A stretch of 64,000 nt of DNA from the human T2T-CHM13v2.0 reference genome, Homo sapiens, in NCBI RefSeq assembly GCF_009914755.1, contig NC_060925.1; one strand, given 5' to 3'. Positions within the stretch are counted from its first letter, which is position 1; every line of letters begins with the position of its first letter. The notes beneath the pieces are model-generated. The model ran no database searches. It worked only from the letters and a program-made list of their open reading frames with translations, and was not told where the DNA came from. The position numbers and the translations under genes were made by a program. Shown one piece after another: positions 12,455-26,560 of the stretch.

Positions 12455-15400
12455 ATATCTTTATGTATAAAATTTCTATAAATAAAATTCACATATTTTA
12501 AGTGCAGGATTTAATTATTTCTGGTAAATGAATGGAATAATATGAGAACCATCACAATCAAGTTTTAGTACACCTCCATCACCTCAAAGAAATTTCTCAT
12601 GCTCCTTTGCATTACATCTGTGCTCCAATCCCCCAACACCCATTGACTGCTAACTTTCTTTTACTGTTTCCCCTTTTTCTAGGATTTCATATAATCATAC
12701 GGTATGTACTCTTGTGTATGGCTTCATTCACTTGGTGTGCTATTTTTGAGATTCATTCATGGTGGATGCTATTTGTATCAGTAGTTGATTTCTTATTATT
12801 GCTGAATAGCATTCCAATGTATAGGTATACTACATTTTCTTTACTCATTAGCCAGATGAAGGATATTTGAATGGTTTACAGTTTATAGCTATGTTAGATA
12901 ATACTTTTAAGACATTCAAATACACATCTGTGTTTGACATCTGTTTTCATTTTTCTTAGCAGGTAACTAAAATGGGAGGTGCTTGGTCAGTGGTGTACCT
13001 TTTTAAGAAGTTATAAATCACTTTTAAAGTGCCTGTACCATTTTGCATTCCCACCAGCCAATATATGAAGATTCTAGTTTCTCTACATATTCATGGTATT
13101 ATCAGTTTTCTTCATTTTTAGTTATTTTAGGGAATGTGTAATAAAATCTCATTGTGGTTATAGTTGCCATTTTCCTAATGATTGATGATGTAGACCTCTT
13201 TTTTATGTGTGTTGGTCATTCATATATCTTCTTTTGGGAAGTGTTTCTTTAAATATTTGACCATTATTTATTGAGCCATTTTTCTTATTGTTAAGTTGTA
13301 AGCATTCTTTCTTTATACTGGATGCAATATATTGTTAGATGTATGCTTTGCAAATATTTTAAACCATTCTGTGGCTGCTTTTTCATTATCTTATATCTTT
13401 TTGTAAGTGACAGTTATTTCTTCTAAAATCTCATTTTTAAATTGTTTTTATGATTTTTGCATAAAAGAAATATATTAAATTATTTAAAAATGTATGTAAA
13501 ATAAAAAGGAATTTAAAGAGTTTAAATATACATTTTAGAATAATTGTGTTAATTTCCACAAAACAATGCCAGGAATTTTACTGGTATTGTGTCAAATCTC
13601 TACATCACTTTGGGAAATCTGACATTTTATCTATATTGAGTCTTCAAATTCATGATCATGGTGTATTGCTCCATTTATTTAAGTCTTCTGTAATGATCTC
13701 AGCTATATTTTATGATTTTTAGTGTGCAAGTCTTGAATATATTTTCTTAAACTTATTATTATTTCCATTTTTTCTGAAGCTATTTTCAATAAAATCAATT
13801 TAATTTTCTAATTTAATTTTCAGATTGTTGTTGCCGATAGAAATAACACTGATGTTTATATTGATCTTGTTAAAATCATGTATTAATTTCCATAGCTATA
13901 TGCATGATTATGTTCTACATCCTCTACTCAAATATGAGTGAATATTTTTTTTATCTGTTCTTATTACACTGTCTAGAATGTCCAATATTGTTAAGTGGAA
14001 TTGGTGTAAGCAGACAACTTTGCTTTTTCAGAAGGGAAGACAGTAGAGGGCATCAGTCTTACCATTAAGTAAAATGACAGCTTAGGTTTTTAATATGTCC
14101 TTTGTCAGGATGAAGAGGGTGATTTCTATTGTTTTTAAGAGTTTCCATGCTAAATACGTGAATTTGTCAAACGTTTTTGTGTCTATTGATATTATCTAAT
14201 ATTTAATTTATTCAGTTTACATAGTGTATTATATTGCTTTTCAGATTTTAAACCAAGCTTGCATATACTTGGTAATACTTTAATTCTTGCTGAGTTAGAT
14301 TTACTGACATTTTGTTACAGATTTTCACATCTTTGAGAGTCTGTGATATTGTTTCATAGTTATTTTGTTATTTTTTGCTTGTTCTATTGTTGTGTGATGT
14401 CTTTTTCTGCCTTTGGTGACAAAGTGGTACTGACCTAACAAAATTAGTCAGAAAGTAATCTTTTCTCCTCTATTTTGTAAAAAAGGGTGTCCAGGTTTGA
14501 CATTAGTACTTTCATCATAGTTTTATAAAATTCAACAATGAAGTCACCAGGCCTAGACTTTTCTTTCAGGGAAGGTTTTTAATTAGTAATGAAATATTTT
14601 ACTTGATATACAGACATTTACATTTTTCTGTTGTTTTTTGAATCAGTTTGGTAAAATAATTCAATGCCCACTAAGGTAATTACATGTGTTTTAAACATAA
14701 AAGAATTATATATATAATAGATATATGAGTATATATATATATATATACACCTATATGTACACCTATATATGTATACCTATACCTATATATATATACATAT
14801 GTATACCTATACCTATATATATATACATATGTATACCTATATATATATATACCTATATTCATATATGAATATAGGTATATATGAATAATACATGTTTTAA
14901 AAATTGTACCCCCATATTTGCCATTTCCAGTACTTTTAGTTTCTTCCTCTATATATGAATTACCATCTAATGTGATCTTTTTCACACTGAAGTTCATTTA
15001 GTTTTTTATTAAGTAGAATTATACCACCAATGAATTATATCAGTATTTTTTTTATTTGAAGTGTCTTTATTCCACTACTACTTGTAAAAAAAGAGTTCTG
15101 CTAAATATGGGATTTTTTACTGACAGCTTTTATGTTTTTGTTTGTTTCCTCACTTTTTAGCAACCTGAATAAGTCATTGCAAGGTTTTCTGGCTTCTGTC
15201 ATTTCTGATAAGAAGTTAACTGTTAATCATATCATTGTTTCCTGCAACTGAGGTTTAATTTTTCTTTTCCTTTGACCAAGCTTTTCATTTTTATGTTAGT
15301 ATGTCTAGCTCTGTGGTTTTTTTTCTTCTTGTTTTTGGTGTGTTTATCATATTTCAGGTTGGATAAGTTTCTTGGGATCAGTATGGTTTTCGGTTTGTAT

Positions 15401-15670
15401 TTTTAATTAAACTTCTTTTCAAATGATTTTCTGCCTTCTGCCTGCCCCATCTTTTTCTGGAAAGCTATAAAATGTGTGCTAAAATATCTGATATTTTCCC
15501 ACACATCTATGACTTAATTTTAAGTCAATTCTTTTTCTTTTTATAATTTGAAATGAATATCTACTGATCTATTTTAATCAATTACTCATTTATTTTGCCT
15601 TATCAATTCTGCTTTTGAGTCATTTAGTGAAATTTTCATTTCAATTATTGTATATTTTTATCTCAGAATT
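12455..15670 (-). mobile_element. L1ME-type element (3'UTR, ORF2 and ORF1 remnants), interrupted at ~15670
   Basis: ataaaattcacatattttaagtg...accatcacaatcaag...tccatcacctcaaag is the L1ME 3' end; antisense ORF2 text follows. Confidence 0.75.
14707..14885. repeat. (TA)n-derived minisatellite with a 30-bp unit
   Basis: gtatacctatacctatatatatatacatat exactly twice (14771-14830) plus a partial third copy, within TA-rich sequence. Confidence 0.9.
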
Positions 15671-15671
15671 T

Positions 15672-18308
15672 AAAAAAATGTTGATACACAATGAGTATAT
15701 GTATTTATGAGTTACATGTGTTATATTGATGCATGTATAAAATATGTAATGATCAAATCAGGGTAATTGAGATATTCACTGCCTCCAACATTTGTTATTT
15801 CTTTGTGATGTGAACACTTCAATTCTTCTAGCTATTTTGAAATATACAATAAATTATTGTTAGCTATAGTCATCCTACTGTGCTACTGAACACTAAAATT
15901 TATTACCTCTATCTAATTCTGTTTTTTACTCATTAACCAACCTCTTTTCATCCCTCTCCTCCCTAAAACTTTCCCAGCCTCTGGTAATCATCATTATATT
16001 CTCTACTTCCATGAAATCAACTCTTTAGCTCCTACATATCAATGATAACATGTGAAATTTGTCATTTTATGCCTGGCTTATTTCACTTAACATGATGACT
16101 CCCAGTTCCATCCATGTTGCTGCAAATGACAGAATTTCATTCTTTTTTGTGGTTGAATTATATTCCATGTATAATATATTCACTTTATTCATTTTTCTGT
16201 TAATGGGCACTTATGTTAATTTCATGTCTTTGTTATTGTGAAAAGTGTTACTATAAACATCAAAATGCAGATATCTGTTTAACATACTGATTTTTTATTT
16301 GTGTGTGTATATATATATACACTTGAGATATAAATATTTGTGTGTGTATATATATACACACACACAATTGTATATATACACACACATTTGTGTATATATA
16401 CACACGCATTTGAGATATATACATATATATGGCAGCGTGAGTTCTGGTTCAACATGGCAGGTATATTTTTAATTTTTTAATGAAAACTCCACACTTCTTT
16501 CTATAGTGGCTGTATTAATTTTCATTTCCACCAACTGTGTATCTGAGTTCTCCTTTCTCCATAAACTCATAAGCATCTGGTTTTTTTTGTCTTTTTGATA
16601 ATAGTCATTTTACTATCTCATTTGATATCTTTACTATCCTTTGATATCTCATTGTGATTTTGATTTGTTGATTTTATAGTTTTGTAGTATAGATTTGCAT
16701 TTTGCTGATGGTTAATTATGTTAAGAATTCTTTCAAGTGCCTGTTAGCCATTTGCATGTCTTCTTTTGATAAATATCTATTCAGATACTCTGTCCATTTT
16801 TTAAAACAGATTATGTGGGGTTTTTTTCTATTGAGTTGTTTGATTTTTTAAAATACATTTTGGTCATTAATCTATTGTCAAATAAATCTTTTCTTTCATT
16901 CTGTAGGCTGTATCTTTATTCCATTCACTGTTTCTTTGCTATTCAGAATATTTTTGGCATGATGAAATTCAGAAGTTTCTGATGAAGTTCAGAAATATTT
17001 TGGCATGATGAAATTCTATTTGTCTGTTGTTTGATTTTTGTTGCCTTACTCAAAATATCCTTGTGTAAATCAATGTCCTGAACCATTTCCAATTTTCTTA
17101 TACTACTTCCAATATTTCCATTATTCCATTCCATTTCCAATATTTCTTCTACATTTCCAATGTTTTATTCTACTATTTTCATAATTCCAGGTCTTACATT
17201 TAAGGCTTACATAAGTTTTGATGTGATTTTTGTATGTGGTAAGAGATAAGAGTCGTTTCATTCTTCTACATGTGGTTATCCAGCTTTTTTAGCGCCATTT
17301 ATTGAAGAGGCTATTCTTTCCCCAGTGTATGTTCTTGGCGCTGTTGTCAAATATTAGTTGGTTGTAAGTGTGTGAATTTATTTCTGTGTTCTCTGTTCAG
17401 TTCAATTGGGTTATGTGTCTGCTTTTTTGCAAGTATCATGCTGCTTTGGTTACTATAGTTTGTAGTATACCTTGAAATCAGATAATGTGATGCCTCTAGT
17501 TTTGTTATTTTTGCTGAAAATTCCTAGGCTATTCAGGGTACTCTGTGACTTCATATAAATTTTAGTATTGCTTTTCTATTTCTGTGAAGCTTGTCACTGG
17601 CATTTTCATAGGTATTGCATTCGATCTGTAGCCCACTTTGGGTAGTATGAAACTTATTAACAATATTAATTCTTCCAAACCATGAACATGGGATAGCTCT
17701 CCTTTTTTTGTGTTCTTTTCATTTTTTATCAGTATTTAATAGTTTTATTGTATAGATTTTCACTTCTTTTATTACATTTATTCCTAGGTAGTTTTTTTAG
17801 TTATCTTTGCAGCTATTTGTAAATTGAATTTCTTTCTTGAATTTTTTTCAGATTAATTGCTGTTGGTGTATACAAATGTTACTGATTTTGTAAGTTGATT
17901 TTATAATCGGAAAGTTTACTTTTTAAAAATTATTATTATTATTACTATCATTATTATTATTCTGAGACAGAGTCTAGTTCTGTCACCCAGGCTGGAGTGC
18001 AATGGTGCGATCTGCGCTCCGTGATCTCCGACTCCCGGGTTCAAGCGAATCTCCTGCCTCAGCCTCCTGAGTAGCTGGGACTACAGGCGTGCACCACCAC
18101 GCCCGGCTAATTTTTGTATTTTTAGTAGAGACACGGTTTCACCCCATTTGGTTAGGCTGCTCTGGAACTCCTGACCTCATGATCCGCCCGCCTCGGCCTC
18201 CCAGAGTGCTGGGACTACAGGCGTGAGCCATCTCTCCCGGCCTAAAAAATTATTTCTACCAGACTTTGGTGGAATCTTTAGGTTTTTCTAAATATAAGAT
18301 TAAGTCAT
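15672..18308 (-). mobile_element. L1MA (about L1MA5-7) 3' portion, containing an Alu
   Basis: tgtaatgatcaaatcagggtaattg...ctagctattttgaaatatacaataaattattgtt is the L1MA 3'UTR; ORF2 resumes after the Alu to aaatataagattaagtcat. Confidence 0.85.
17929..18242 (-). mobile_element. AluS (Sg-like) with (AAT)n tail
   Basis: Complete antisense dimer ending cccggcc; (ATT)n tail; aaaaattatt on both flanks. Confidence 0.93.
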
Positions 18309-19638
18309 AAATATCCCAATGAGTCTAAAAGAATGGATGAATTCTAGCAAGGAGAACTGGCAAGGAGCTACCTGCTCTCTCTACAGGCCTCTGGAATTCA
18401 GGAAGGAGGAGACCCCTTTGCCACCAGGGACATAGAGTTGGAAGGGAATATTACTTAGAGGAATGGAAGGGGCAGCAAGGCAGCTGATGTGGAGCCCAGC
18501 GGGTTTGGAGCCAGAGCCTCTGTAGTGGACCACAGCCAGGGATGGTGATTCCCCTGGGCTCCCCTGGCTTCCCTTAAGAAACTTTAGCTCTAGAGGAGCT
18601 ATTGCAACTGAACTCTGGAGGGCAGTCTTGCCCATCAGATGGGGCCAGTCTGACCTGAGGACCCCTTGGTCTGCTGGCCTCTCCGGTGGCCCCAGCCTGG
18701 TTACCTGCTTGCAGAGCAGCCTCGGGTGCCCTGGGGGCCTGCATCATAGCTTCTGTGCCAGGGGACCATGCCTGACCAGCAGAGAGCTTCAGCAAGCGGC
18801 CCTCACAGCCATGCACCAGCCCACCCACTCCCTCCCTACACAGCAGCTTCCCCCAGCCCACGGCAGCTATCATATAGCTTTGCCGGGGCATGTGCACAGG
18901 AGTGGGTTTTGCTTTCTTTGCCCTGCCAGCGCACGTGTGTGAGCACTCTGCCTTGCCACTGCTGCAGTGGGAGTGTAGTCCACTTACCCGCCCCAGCACC
19001 ACACCATCACACTCAGAGCTTTGGCAGGCACAGAGCCAGCCAGCCCTGTTCCGTTCCTGCCAGTGCCCCTCCCAGCCATGGGAGTGAAACTATGCACAGA
19101 GAACAGCGGACCTTCCCCTGCCTTGAGTAACCACCCCTGCCTGTGGCACACAGAAAAAGCACACAGGCCTGCACCCTTCAGTGGCCCGCCTGGTGCCAAA
19201 ACCATCACCAGCATGACCATGCACGCAGTTCCCAGGAGGGGCCCCCACCCGCCATCTCCCCTAAAGCCACATTGCTTCTGCTGTGGTGAATGCCTCTGTG
19301 GAGACAGGGCCCCCCAGCCCCCGCTAGCACCCTGCCACAGCCAAGGAGCACGCACCCTGCCATGCGCAAAGGCTGCTGCTGGCACATGCAAATGAGGAGG
19401 AGTCCCGCTGTCACCACACTATAAATGCTTTGGCTGAGACCATCCATTGGAGTGTAGTGACCAGTAGTTCAGGAGCACATCAGCGCCCCTAGTACCGTGG
19501 ATTCCTAACCTTGAGAAGCCAGAGAACAAAGTCGAGGCACAATACAAGTCCCAGAGTTAGACCACGCAGTTCCAGAAACAAAGCCATTTGACTAAATCCA
19601 CCTTATACCACAATCAAACCTGTGAGGTCATCAAATAG

Positions 19639-19641
<3 letters not shown>

Positions 19642-19678
<37 letters not shown>
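19642..19678. repeat. (AT)n microsatellite, ~18 units
   Basis: Uninterrupted AT run. Confidence 0.97.
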
Positions 19679-19679
<1 letters not shown>

Positions 19680-19725
19680 CAAAGGTCAGCAACTGTAAAG
19701 ATGGAAGGAACACAAGCCCACAAAG

Positions 19726-20672
19726 ATGAGAAAGAATGACCACAAGAACCCTGACAACTCAAAAAGCCAGAATGCCTTCCTTCCTGCAAAAAACTGCATC
19801 ACCTCTCCAGCAAGGGCTCTGAACCAGGCTGAGATGGCTGAAATGACAGAATTAGAATTCAGAATATGGTTAGGAACAAAGATCATTGAGATGCAGGAGT
19901 ATGTTGAAAGCCAATCCAAGGACGCTAAAAATCACAATAAAACAATGCAGGAGCTGACAGACAAAATAGCCAGCATAGAAAATAATGCAACCAACCTGAT
20001 AGAACTGAAAAACAAACTACAAGAGTTTCATAATACAATCACAATTATTAACAGCAGAATACACCACATGAAGGAAAGAATCTCAGAGCTTGAAGACTGG
20101 CTTACTGCAATAAGACATCAGACAAGCATACAGAAAAAAGTAATGAAAATGAGTGAACAAAACCTCTGATAAATATGGGATTACGTAGAGAACAAATCTA
20201 TGACTCACTGATGTACCTGAAAGAGATAGGGAGATTGTAAGCAACTTGGAAAACATATTTTAGAATATCATTCATGAGAACGTCCCCAAACTAGCTAGAG
20301 AGGCCAACATTCAAATTCAGGAAATTCAGAGAACACCAGTAAGACAGTTCATAAGAAGATCAATCCCAAGACACATACATCAGATTCTTCAATGTCGCAA
20401 TGAAAGAAAAAATGTTAAAGGCAGCTAGAAAGACAGGTCAGGTCACCTACAAAGGGAAGCCCACCTGACTAACAGCAAGTCCCTCAGCAGAAACCCTACA
20501 AGCCAGAAAAGATTGGGGCCAATATTCAACATTCTTATTAAAAAGAAATTCCAACCCAAAATTTCATGTCTGGACGAACTAAGCTGCATAAATGAAGGAG
20601 AAATAAGATATATTTTAGGTAAGCAAATACTGAGGGAATTCATTACCCCCAGATATGTCTTACAAGAGCTCC
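19726..20672 (+). pseudogene. L1 ORF1p remnant (first 147 codons open)
   Basis: ORF 19726..20169 is the N-terminus and coiled coil of ORF1p; premature stop, then frameshifted C-terminal part (ORF 20513..). Confidence 0.85.
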
Positions 20673-21824
20673 TGAGACTTAATTCTAAGACCTCAAAGTA
20701 TGAAACTACCACCAGAAAACATTGGGAAAATATTCATGATATTGGTCTGGGCAAAAGGGGTTTTTGGGGTAATACTGCACAAGCACAGGCAACAAAAGCA
20801 AACATGGACAAATGGGATCACATCTAGTTAAGACACTTTTGCACAACAAAGGATACAATCAACAAAGTGGAGAGACAACCCACAAAATGGGAGAAAATAT
20901 TTGCAAACTACAACTACCCTCTGACAACGGGTTAATAACAAGAAGATGTATAAGAAGCTCAAACAACTCTATTGGAAAAAAAAATCTAATAATCTGATAA
21001 AAACATTGTCAAAAGGTTTACATAGATATTTCTCAAAAGAAGACATACAAAAGCCAAACAGGCATATGAAAAGGTGCTCAACATCATGGATAATGAGAGA
21101 AATGCAAATCAAAACTACAGTGAGTTATCCTCTCACCCTAGTTAAAATGATTTTATCCAAAAGACGGGCATTAACAAATGCTGGTGAGGATGTGGGGAAA
21201 AGAGAATTCTTCTACACTGTTAATGGGAATATAAACTAGTACAACTAGTTCTCCATAGTGATGGAGAACAGTTCAGAGGTTCCTCAAAAAATTAAAACTT
21301 AAACTATCATATGATCTACCAATCCCACTACTGGGTATATATCCCAAATAATTTTAAAAAATCAGTTTATCAAAGAGATGGATACACTCCTATGTATGTT
21401 GCAGCACTGTTAACAATAGAGAAGATTTAGAAACAACCTAAGTGTCCATTGACAGATGAATGACCAAAGGAAATGTGGTTCATATACACAATGGAGTACT
21501 ATTCAGCGATAAAAAAAAAATGAGATCCAGTCATTAGCAACAACATGGATGGAACTGGAGATCATTATGTTAAGTGAAATAAACCAAACACAAAAAGACA
21601 AACATTGAATGATCTCATATATTTGTGGGATCTAAAAATAAAATCAATTAAACTTATGATCATAGAGAGTAGAAGGATGGTTATAAGAGGCTGGGAAGGG
21701 TAATGGTTTGTTGGGAGGGACAAAGGGATAGTTAACGGGTGCAAAAAAATAGAAAGAATGAATAAGACCTACTATTTGATAGCACAATAGGGTGATTATA
21801 CTCAGGAATAACATAATTGTATAT
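20673..21824 (+). mobile_element. L1MA1-3 3' portion lacking its terminal bases and poly(A)
   Basis: agacttaattctaagacctcaaa...caagcacaggcaacaaaagc; 3'UTR aaagaatgaataagacctactatttgatagcacaatagggtga. Confidence 0.85.
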
Positions 21825-22101
<277 letters not shown>

Positions 22102-22550
22102 GTAGAAATATCTCAATTTAAAAACCTAACATCACAAATAAAAGAACACATACCTAGCAGAAGACAAGAAATAATCAAAATCAGAGCTGAACTGAAGGAG
22201 ACTGGAAAACAAAATACCATTCAAAAGATCAATGGATCCAGGAGTTCGTTTTTTGAAAAGATTAATGAAATAGACTGTTAACTAGACTAATAAAGAATAA
22301 AAGAAAATAAACACAATTAGAAACAGCAAAGGATACTACCACTGACCTCACAGAAATATAAATAACTATCAGGGAATATTATGAACACTTCTATGCACGT
22401 AAACTGGAAATTCTAGAAAAATGAATAAATTTCTGGACACAAACCCCCTCTCAAGACTGAGCCAGGAAGAAATGGATTCCTTAAACAAACCAATAACAAG
22501 CTTCAAAATGGAATCAGTTATAAATGGCCAACCAACCAAAAAAGCTGAGA
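22102..22550 (+). mobile_element. old L1PA ORF2 fragment
   Basis: aaaatcagagctgaactgaaggaga; ORF 22421 MNKFLDTNPLSRLSQEEMDSLNKPITS. Confidence 0.85.
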
Positions 22551-22892
22551 ACAATCTCCATCTATATCCATGTTGCTGCAAGGGACATGATTTTTGTTTC
22601 TTATTGTTGTTGTTTGTTTGTTTGTTTTAGTGGCTGCCTAGTATTTTATGGTGTATATGTAACTCATTTTCCTTATCCAGTCCACTGTTGATGGGCATCT
22701 TGGTTTATCTCACTTCTTTGCTATTGTGAAGAGCACTGCAATGAACACATATGCCGTGTGTGTGTGTCTCTTTGATATAATGAATTATTTTGGGGGGTTA
22801 TATACCCAGTAGTGACATTTTTTGATCAAATATTAGTTCTGTTTTAAATTATTTGAGAAATCGCCAAACCGTTTTCCACGATGGCTGAAGTA
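22551..22892 (-). mobile_element. L1PA15/16-like ORF2-end fragment, inverted relative to the preceding piece
   Basis: atccatgttgctgcaagggacatgatt...ccagtccactgttgatgggcatct...tttgagaaatcgccaaac. Confidence 0.8.
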
Positions 22893-22894
22893 GT

Positions 22895-25549
22895 TTGTGA
22901 TTTCACCTTTCTTGATTTAAAGTCTATTTTAGCTGATATAAGTAGAGCCACTCCTGCTCTTTTTCCCTTTCCATTTGCATTGAATAGCTTTTGCCATCCC
23001 TACATTTTTTTGGCTTTGCATGTCTTTATAGATGGAGTGATATTCTTGAAGACAGCAACCTGTTGGGTCTTATTTTTTTAATCCTTTCAGCCACTCTATA
23101 ACTTTTAATTGGTTAATATCATCCACTTCTATTCAAGGTTCTTATTGATAGATAAGAGTTTACTATTGCCATCTTGTAATTTGTTTTCTGTGGGAATTTT
23201 TTGGTAGATTCTTAATTCATTTTTTTCTCTATTATTATCCTCCTTTGTGGTTAAGGTTAAGTGATTTTCTCTAGCAATATGTTTGATTCCATGCTATTTA
23301 TGTTTACTTTATCTATTACAGATTTTTTTTGTGGTTACCATGTGGCTTACAAAGAATATCTTATAACAGGTTATTTGAAACTATCAACAACTTTGATCTC
23401 AAAGAAAAGTATCAAAAGCAAATCCTACACTTTTAATACTACAGCCCTATATTTTGACTTTTGATGCTTCATTTTACTTTTTTTATGTTGCCTACCTCTT
23501 AACAAATTATTGTAGTTATGTTGTTTTCAATGGTTTTGCTTTTGGTCTTTACAGTCTAATATGTGTTTTACTTACCAAAATTACAGTATTAGAATATTAT
23601 GAATATCTCTGCTTTCTTATTTTACTAGTGAGTTTTATACCTTCAGATTTTTTGTGTGTTACCTGGTAGCATCCTTTTTTTTTTAGATTGAAGAAGTCCC
23701 TTTAAATTTATTGTATGATATATCTTGTTTGATCAATTCCTTCAGCTTTTGTTTATCTGGAAAAGTATCTGTCCTTCACATTTAAATAACAGCTTTGCTG
23801 GGCTACAGTATTCTTGGTAAGCAGGTTTTATTTTCCTTCAGTAGTTTGAATACAGCATCTTACTCTCCTCTGGTCTGCAAGTCTTCTGCTAAGTAATCTG
23901 TTGAAAGGCATATAATGACTCCACTTCTTGTGTTATGTTTCTTTTCTCCTGCTGCACTGAATTTTTTATTTTTTAGTGTTTGGATTTGCTAATTTGATTA
24001 TGATATAACTTGGGTAATTCTTCTTTGTGTTGAAAGTAATTGGTGATTTCTGAGATCCTTATACGTGGATGATCTTGTCTTCCTCTTCTTTTTCTAGATT
24101 AAAATATGTTCGTTATTTCCTTAAATATGCTTTTTAAGATTTTTCTATTTTAATCTTCTTAAGGAATTCCAATTACATGGAAATTAGTTTACTTGATGGT
24201 GTCCCATAAATTTTGTATGCCTTTGTCATTGTTTTTAATTCTTTTTTTCTCCTCTGATTAGATAATTTTACATGTTTTGTCTATAAGCTTGCTAATTAAT
24301 TCCTGTTTGATCAAGTCTCCTGTTGAAGCTTTCTAATGAGGCTTTTATTTAAGCTGTTGTATTACTTATTTCTAAGATTTTCTTTGGGATTTGTTTTTAA
24401 TTTATTTCTCTGTTGAATTTCTCATTTTCATCCTGAATTGACTTTCAAATTTTATTTACTTTTTCATCCATTTTTAAAAATGATTCTCTGATCTTCCTTC
24501 AGAGGATGATTCTGATTTCACTGTTAGAAATTTCACAGATCTTCAGTTCTTCTGAGTTCATTACTGGAGCTCTTGGTGGTGTTTGTTGTTTCCTTTGGTG
24601 GTGTCATATTTCCCTGACTTTTCACAATTCTTACATTTTTACATTGATGACAGCCCATTTGTGGAGACAGCCAACTCTTTCAGTTTTTGCAAGTGTTCTT
24701 TGGTGATGTTAGACGTTTACTTTCCAGTATCAGAGCATAAATACTGGCCTTTACTGTTTTCCATTCTGGAAAAAACTTACAGTGATCACCAGAACTAAAT
24801 CACTGCACTGGAGCTAAATCATTGTCTTGTCATCATATCTTTGTCCAGGGAAGACTTAAAGTGAGCACCAGAGCTTAATTACTGTCCTGAACTATATTGC
24901 TTCCCCGCTATTTTTCCCAGTCTGGAGAAGCGTTAAGCAGGCACTGGAACTTAATTCCACAATTTTGTTTCCAAACCAAGGGAAGGCTCCACCAGAGCTT
25001 CTGAGATTTGTGAAAAATCTAGCTAGGAGTTTGGGCCTCCATTTAAATTGTGCCCCTGAAGTGCCTTGATATCAGCTAGTATTTTCAACATGGTTTCCCT
25101 GCTGATTGAAGTGTTGAGTAACCACCAAGATCTGCATACCAGTCACTGTGATCAGCATCCTTCTCTTTGTCCCCAATTCATCCCAGGTAGTCTAGACCTC
25201 CTTGCATTCCCAGTGGCTCCTGTGGGATGGTATGAGAGTGACCTTCCCATGAAGATTCCTAAACAAGCAGGGAGATGGAACATCTACTCTAATTTCCTCC
25301 TCTCACCTTGGCAACCATAAGTCTAAGAAAATTATCTGTGAATGGCATTATGCCAGGTTACAGGAGGGGTTGGCACAGACTGAAATGATTTTTTTTTTTT
25401 ACTGGTTGTAACTTCTCTCAATTAGGCATCTCTTTAAAGTTCTGGTGTATTTAGGCTGGTATTCTTGTTTTTGAATCGTTTCTAGTTGTATTTTTTTGAG
25501 GTTAGTAATGCTGGGTGACTCCTCTATTTGGCCATCTTGCTGACATCAC
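22895..25549 (-). mobile_element. 5' portion (ORF2 start, ORF1, 5'UTR) probably of the L1MA beginning at 15672
   Basis: ttaaagtctattttagctgatataagtagagccactcctgctc (endonuclease region); ends ggccatcttgctgacatcac, an L1M 5' terminus with a YY1-type aagatggcc motif. Confidence 0.75.
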
Positions 25550-26560
25550 TTTTATATCCACAACTTCTGTTTGTCTTTTTATATTGAGATTCCTAACGTG
25601 ATTATTTTTTGTATATTTACCGTTAGTTCTTTGAAGTGTTAATAAAAGCTGCTTCAAAGTATTTTTCTGCTAACTCTGAGTTGGAATCAATTTTGATTGA
25701 CTTTTTAAAACCCTTGCATATGTATCAATTTTTTTATTGTCTAGTAATTTCTTGGTAAAATTACTAGTCATAAAACTACTAGTCATTAAATTTGAGCATT
25801 GTAGATAATACATTGTAGCAACTCTTGATTTTGTTTTGTTCTTCAGAAGTTTGTTTATTTTTTGCTTTAGAAGGGAATCAGCTTGTCTCAACTCAAACTG
25901 TGAACAGTATCTCCATCATGGGATGCATAGTTTAGTGTGGTTCTCTGGAAATATCTCTTGTTCTCAGTTTATCAGTAAGTCAATGCTTTGTTTGAGTGGA
26001 GATTATAGTTAGATATTAGAATCCAGTAAAGCTTATTCTTTACTGCATGACTTGTGTTTAGGTTGAGGGAAACTTTTAAAGTTGTTAAAAATTCAAAAAT
26101 ATCGCTAGTGTTTTAATTTTTTCAGGCTCTCTAGGATCTTCTGGTGGCATATATATTTTAGCAGAGAGAAATGTGTGGGGAGTTTCTTAACTCAGCCTAT
26201 CTGTGCCTTTTTTCTTCCAAAATTGTCCCTTTAAATTTCTAGCTGTTCTTCTCCTCTCTGAACTAAGTCCCCTACCTCTACCACTAAAACTGTAGGTTTT
26301 TGTCACCTATTTTCTAAGGGGTAAGAGTATCCTTGGGCAAGAAGATCACAAACTCACTCTCTGATCTGATGCGGCAATGTTCTATGAATAAACAGTTATA
26401 AAATTGTTGCCTGCTCGGGTTGATTTTCTAGTGGCCTAAAATTCATGTTTTTATTTTAACAATTTTATCCCATCTTACATAAGTTTTATGCTGAGATTAA
26501 TGCCAACATCTTTTCATGTGGCCATAACCAATGTAATATTTTAATTAAACTACCTCTAAA
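25550..26560 (-). mobile_element. continuation (5' region) of the L1ME-type host
   Basis: Resumes the text broken at ~15670; tagataatacattgtagcaactc is typical of old L1M 5' regions; right boundary uncertain. Confidence 0.55.

Larger units (their letters stand above)
18311..20672 (+). mobile_element. old L1PA (about L1PA13-16) GC-rich 5'UTR plus ORF1
   Basis: GC-rich ~18380-19500 followed by ORF1p text MRKNDHKNPDNSKSQ...AEMTELEFRIW and FQPKISCLDELS...LREFITPR. Confidence 0.88.

Noticed and set aside
14680-14997. 105-aa ORF with YIYRYRYT repeats
   Set aside because: Translation of the TA-rich minisatellite
18381-19447. Cluster of overlapping 60-142 aa ORFs in the only GC-rich region (possible gene or CpG-island promoter)
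   Set aside because: It is an L1PA 5'UTR directly upstream of ORF1; high GC suppresses stops, CpGs are largely decayed, and no protein is recognisable
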